A stretch of 64,000 nt of DNA from the IMG/VR virus record IMGVR_UViG_3300005590_000001, positions 32,001-96,000 of that record. One strand, given 5' to 3'. Shown here in pieces: positions 59,934 through 64,000 of this stretch (position 1 is its first letter; the number at the start of each line of letters is the position of its first letter). The notes below the pieces were generated by a model. It was not told the origin of the DNA. It was given only the letters and a program-made list of their open reading frames with translations, and made no database searches. The position numbers and the translations under genes were made by a program. Source of the stretch: a virus.

Positions 59934-60944
59934 ATGTCGAAATTATTTAGTGAAATTTCTGAAGAAACTAAAGAAGTTTTGAAGTCTACGGCTTCACGCG
60001 ATGAAGCAGTGCGCGCCAAAGCTATCACTCAGTTTCTTGAAGCTGTCGAACTCCCGATTCGACAGGGTGTGATGGATGGTGAGAATACCGGTGGTATTTT
60101 CAATGTCACACAAATCCCTGCTGGAACAACCCCTGAATTCCCGATTGACTTTGTCGAGCCGGGTACTGAAGGACAATTCTTAGCGTGGACAAATCCGGGT
60201 AAAGGTTATATTCCTGCGATCGCAATCAACGGTTCGAAAATCGTTGGTCAGATCATCGGATCTACCTTTGCTGTTGAATACGATCTGGAATACGCACGTA
60301 ATGCACGATGGGATATTCTGGCTCGTCTTTCTGAAGTCTTCATGGCGTCTTTCGTCAAGAAGCGTAACGATGATGGTTGGCATACGCTTTTAGCTGCTGC
60401 TGCCGGTCGTGGTATGTTGGTTTATGATCCGGCTGCTTCAGCTGGTTCGTTCTCGAAGAAGCTTTTCTCTCTGCTACGATGCTCAATGGCTCGTAACGGT
60501 GGTGGAAATCAGACTTCCTTGAAGAAATCCCGAGCCACCGATGTATATATTTCTTGTGAGGGTGTCGAAGAAATCCTGAACTGGGACCTGTCTCAAGTTC
60601 CTGATTCTGTTCGAGCACAGCTTTATAATATGAGCAATGGTCAAGATACTGTTGTGGATATTTTAAAGACTCGCGTTCATGAAATGTATGAACTTGGTGT
60701 TGGCCAAGAATATCAGACTTACTACTCTACCAATCTTGGTGGATCTCTAGAAAGTTCCGATACTGAACTTGGTATTGCTCTAGACCTTGCAAATCGTGAC
60801 TCTTTTATCTTTGCCTTTACTCAGCCTCTAGAGGTTTACGAAGATCCTGCTCTGCATAGATCTCAAATGGGTGGATGGTATGGATGGGAACGTTACAGCG
60901 TTTTAGTTCTTGACAATCGACGAATTCTTCCTATCAGCTTCTAA
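59934..60944 (+). CDS. major capsid protein
   Basis: synteny, 336 aa, strong RBS, terminator after. Confidence 0.8.
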   Translation: MSKLFSEISEETKEVLKSTASRDEAVRAKAITQFLEAVELPIRQGVMDGENTGGIFNVTQIPAGTTPEFPIDFVEPGTEGQFLAWTNPGKGYIPAIAINGSKIVGQIIGSTFAVEYDLEYARNARWDILARLSEVFMASFVKKRNDDGWHTLLAAAAGRGMLVYDPAASAGSFSKKLFSLLRCSMARNGGGNQTSLKKSRATDVYISCEGVEEILNWDLSQVPDSVRAQLYNMSNGQDTVVDILKTRVHEMYELGVGQEYQTYYSTNLGGSLESSDTELGIALDLANRDSFIFAFTQPLEVYEDPALHRSQMGGWYGWERYSVLVLDNRRILPISF

Positions 60945-60973
60945 GAAAGCTGGGGAAAATTAATAAAAGATTT

Positions 60974-61014
60974 GGGCCTACGCAACTCTGATGGGGTGTG
61001 ATAGGCCCATTTTT
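60974..61014 (+). terminator. intrinsic terminator after capsid gene
   Basis: GGGCCTA...TAGGCCC-ATTTTT. Confidence 0.65.
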
Positions 61015-61107
61015 ATATCATTAATTATAAGGTATTATTGAATTATGAACTCGAATATCATTCAAAGACTCGGGAACTTCCGAGAGAAACTGTGGGGGTG
61101 GAAATAG

Positions 61108-62232
61108 ATGACGACATACTACGCGACACACAATGCAGCGGGCGGCGGTGCCGGCACATCTGTCGGTGACCCGTTCACTTTGCAGGAACTGTTCGACACT
61201 GTCACCAATTCCGATCTAGGGTTGATCTGCAACACCGGCACGTATACCCCATCGGCTCAGATTGATGTGGATAACGGTGCAAATGTTGGCACGGTTTCTG
61301 CGCGAACCCAAATCCGCGGTGCCGCATCGGATGGCACCGACGATGGGACAATTGCGACGATCAGTGGAAGCAGTCTCGGAGCATCCACCGATCTGATCAG
61401 TATTGACATCAACTACTATTACATCGCAAATCTAAGGATCACTGGAGCGACGCGATACAACGTCTACAGCGATTCGGATGGCAGCATCTGGGAAAACTGC
61501 CGGCTGGACAACGCGACCAGTCATGGATTCTGGCAGCAGACGAATCTTGACACCACCATCTTCAAGGTATGCGAAATCGACAACAACGGCGGTGCAGGAT
61601 ACACCGGCGGCTTCGACTCGCGAGGCTGTGGGATATGGGAGTCGTGCAGTATTCACGACAATGGCAGCTTTGGACTGAAACTCACTCCCGTCGGGAGAAT
61701 GATCGACACGATTGTCTTCAAGAACGGCGGCGATGGCGTGCGGATAGATATGAATTCGCACAGTACTGAAAACGGTGCGATCATTAACTGCACAATTGAT
61801 GGCAACACTGGAGACGGCATTGAAAGTGTGAACTCCACAATCGCGTCTGATTCGATGTCGATCGCCGATACGATCATCAGTAACAACGGAGGGTATGGGA
61901 TCAACCTCAACAGTACTCCACTGACGGGGTTCCAACTCAGGTTGCTGTGTGTCCCGACCAGCACAGGTGCAAATTCATTGGGGCAAATTGATGCTGGAAG
62001 CCTGCCTGCGGACACGGTGACAGATAACCCGGACTTTGTGGACAGAACAACGGGCGGCAGCGAGGACTACACGCCACAAGGCACAGGGCTGAAAGTGACG
62101 CGGTCTCCAATCAGTGGTGTCGGCGGCGACAGCTATAAGTGGGTTGGGGCAATTCAACCAGATACAGCATCGAGCGGTGGTGGCCTATTGGGGGTGACTG
62201 CTGCGTCTATGTCGGGAGGCATGAGAGCATGA
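61108..62232 (+). CDS. right-handed parallel beta-helix (pectin-lyase-like) protein
   Basis: repeated C.I.NN.G.G / I..N.GDGI motifs. Confidence 0.75.
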   Translation: MTTYYATHNAAGGGAGTSVGDPFTLQELFDTVTNSDLGLICNTGTYTPSAQIDVDNGANVGTVSARTQIRGAASDGTDDGTIATISGSSLGASTDLISIDINYYYIANLRITGATRYNVYSDSDGSIWENCRLDNATSHGFWQQTNLDTTIFKVCEIDNNGGAGYTGGFDSRGCGIWESCSIHDNGSFGLKLTPVGRMIDTIVFKNGGDGVRIDMNSHSTENGAIINCTIDGNTGDGIESVNSTIASDSMSIADTIISNNGGYGINLNSTPLTGFQLRLLCVPTSTGANSLGQIDAGSLPADTVTDNPDFVDRTTGGSEDYTPQGTGLKVTRSPISGVGGDSYKWVGAIQPDTASSGGGLLGVTAASMSGGMRA

Positions 62233-62660
62233 CAGCAATTCTTGCAGGATCAACTGACCAATCAGTCGACGTGTTCATCGCGGACTCGTCGTCATCAGTC
62301 GGGGCGGGCCTCACGGGGCTTGTCTACAACACATCGGGCCTCACGTGCTACTACCGCAAGGGGGCCACAGGGACTATGACCGCGTTGTCGCTGGCAACAC
62401 AGACGGTTGGTGGTGCCCATTCGGACGGGGGGTTTGTCGAGATCGACGCCACAAATGCTCCGGGTCTCTATCGTCTGGATCTCAGCGACACAATTGTTGC
62501 GGCTGAAGGACGGGCCAGTCTATACCTGCACGGTGCGGCGAACATGGCACCATGCGTTGATCGAATTGACTGTGTGCCGATCCCGTCCAACGTCAAGCAG
62601 ATCAATGACGTGGCAATCACGGGCGATGGTTCTTCCGGTGACAAGTTCGGGGTTGACTGA
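62229..62660 (+). CDS. hypothetical virion-associated protein
   Basis: ATG overlaps previous TGA; EID....PGLYRLD. Confidence 0.6.
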   Translation: MTAILAGSTDQSVDVFIADSSSSVGAGLTGLVYNTSGLTCYYRKGATGTMTALSLATQTVGGAHSDGGFVEIDATNAPGLYRLDLSDTIVAAEGRASLYLHGAANMAPCVDRIDCVPIPSNVKQINDVAITGDGSSGDKFGVD

Positions 62661-64000
62661 TGGCGAACGACGTTCTTGAACCAATCTTCGGCGATGTGTG
62701 GGGCGACGTGTGGGAGCAGGATGCTCGCCCCGCGTCATGGCCGGATTACATGGCCAACCGGAAGATCACCGGCCTGACGACGATCACACCAAAGATCAAG
62801 TGCCAACTTGTCAGCGGCACGATGCCATTTGCGGTGCAGGTGTCTGCCGAGCAGACCACGTATGACGCATCCGGAAACCCCTATTTCGATTTGCACTACG
62901 AGTGGGACTTTGGCGACCCGTCCTCCACGGAAATCTTCTACTCGAAGATGACAGGGCAGTACCTCAATTCCAACAGTGATCAGATTACGCCTGACGCGAC
63001 GCACCTTTATCGCAGTGACGGCAGCTACACAATCACGCTGACGGTCAAGGGAATCAACGAGTACGGGCAGACGGTTTCCGCCAGTACAACGAGCATCCTG
63101 ACGCTCGGCGACTACGAGATATTCATGGGCGGTGCGACAGGCGGCACGTTCACGCTCACGGTCGATGGACAGACAACCTCGGCGATCGCTTATGACGCTA
63201 CGATGGCAACCATCGTCACCAATCTGGAAGGCCTGAGTACGGTCGGCAGCGGCAACGCAAGAGACACAGGGCGAGGGACGTTTGAGCTGTGCGGTGACTT
63301 GGCTGGCGACACGCTGACGGTCTCGGCGAATTTCGGCAGTCTGACAGGTGTTGGAACTGGCGACTCTGCACCTCAGTTGATTGAGCGGGCAACAAGTGCG
63401 ACGGCATCGAGTATCACGGTTGCGGATCTAACGGGGTGGACACAACGCTGGTTCGATCCAAGTGCTGGAACGAATGGCGATGGGTTGTCGTCTGCTAGTC
63501 CGTGGAATGACGCCAGTGAGGCGTTCGATCATTTGAGTTCCAGCGTCAACTCATCGGACAAGGCGTGGCTGTGGCTGGCAACCGATTCGACGTGGGAGAT
63601 CGAAGCAAACCGGATACCGATGGAGAGTGTCAGTGGGAGAGTCATTGCCGCGTACGGTTCTGGGGCGAAACCGATCATCAAGAATGAAACAGGAAGTTTC
63701 ACGTTCAATGTTGAGTTGTTCTACTTCGCTCTACCGTACTCGTCAGGCGGAAACCTGACGGAATCAGAATTTAAGATCATCGGGTGCGACCTTCGCGGGA
63801 CACGAACAAGTGCCATTGCGTGTGTGCAAATTACACAGACAAACAATGGCACCAGCACAACACCTCGCACATGGTTTCGTGATGGTTTGATCGCTGATTG
63901 CGACTTCACCCGAACTGCTGGAAGTGGTCAGCTTTATCGCACGGATGGTACAGAGACTGTTCACAATGTTGTGAGTTGGGACACCGACTATGACGGGGGT
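62660..64000 (+). CDS. PKD-domain protein (runs off window)
   Basis: Manual translation MANDVLEP...HYEWDFGDP...ATHLY...G.YTITLTV. Confidence 0.7.
   Translation, partial: MANDVLEPIFGDVWGDVWEQDARPASWPDYMANRKITGLTTITPKIKCQLVSGTMPFAVQVSAEQTTYDASGNPYFDLHYEWDFGDPSSTEIFYSKMTGQYLNSNSDQITPDATHLYRSDGSYTITLTVKGINEYGQTVSASTTSILTLGDYEIFMGGATGGTFTLTVDGQTTSAIAYDATMATIVTNLEGLSTVGSGNARDTGRGTFELCGDLAGDTLTVSANFGSLTGVGTGDSAPQLIERATSATASSITVADLTGWTQRWFDPSAGTNGDGLSSASPWNDASEAFDHLSSSVNSSDKAWLWLATDSTWEIEANRIPMESVSGRVIAAYGSGAKPIIKNETGSFTFNVELFYFALPYSSGGNLTESEFKIIGCDLRGTRTSAIACVQITQTNNGTSTTPRTWFRDGLIADCDFTRTAGSGQLYRTDGTETVHNVVSWDTDYDGG

Noticed and set aside
61432-63964. Minus-strand ORFs in the GC-rich terminal block
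   Set aside because: Shadows of the coupled plus-strand genes, expected at higher GC.

Overview
A 64-kb segment of a large, tailed dsDNA bacteriophage genome. The host is not certain; there is a weak hint of Planctomycetota. 1-38.5 kb is an AT-rich, minus-strand accessory/metabolic arm. It carries an apparently complete ubiquitin-like conjugation module (Ubl-fusion, three E2-like/Zn-ribbon proteins, JAB protease, ThiF/E1), a Prs-like + Nampt-like NAD+ pair (NARP1-type), and RNA-repair enzymes (Pnk, RNA ligase, CCA-HD-NADAR fusion). It also holds scattered CCA-less tRNAs, a tRNA-Leu(UAA) with a group I intron at an unusual site (27/28), a 134-nt mini-tmRNA, an RNA ligase fractured by a split intein, and four antisense homing-type endonucleases. 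About 38.5-47.2 kb is a more GC-rich minus-strand region with repeated GC hairpins, a LexA-like DNA-binding protein and a 2-kb block saturated with TGTACA / GNACA-NN-TGTNC palindromes. From about 48 kb the plus strand encodes a sigma-like factor, gmd, ClpP-like protease, HNH/ERCC4 nucleases, terminase, portal, protease/scaffold and capsid, followed by a GC-rich beta-helix/PKD block. All calls are by eye from motifs; no database searches were run.
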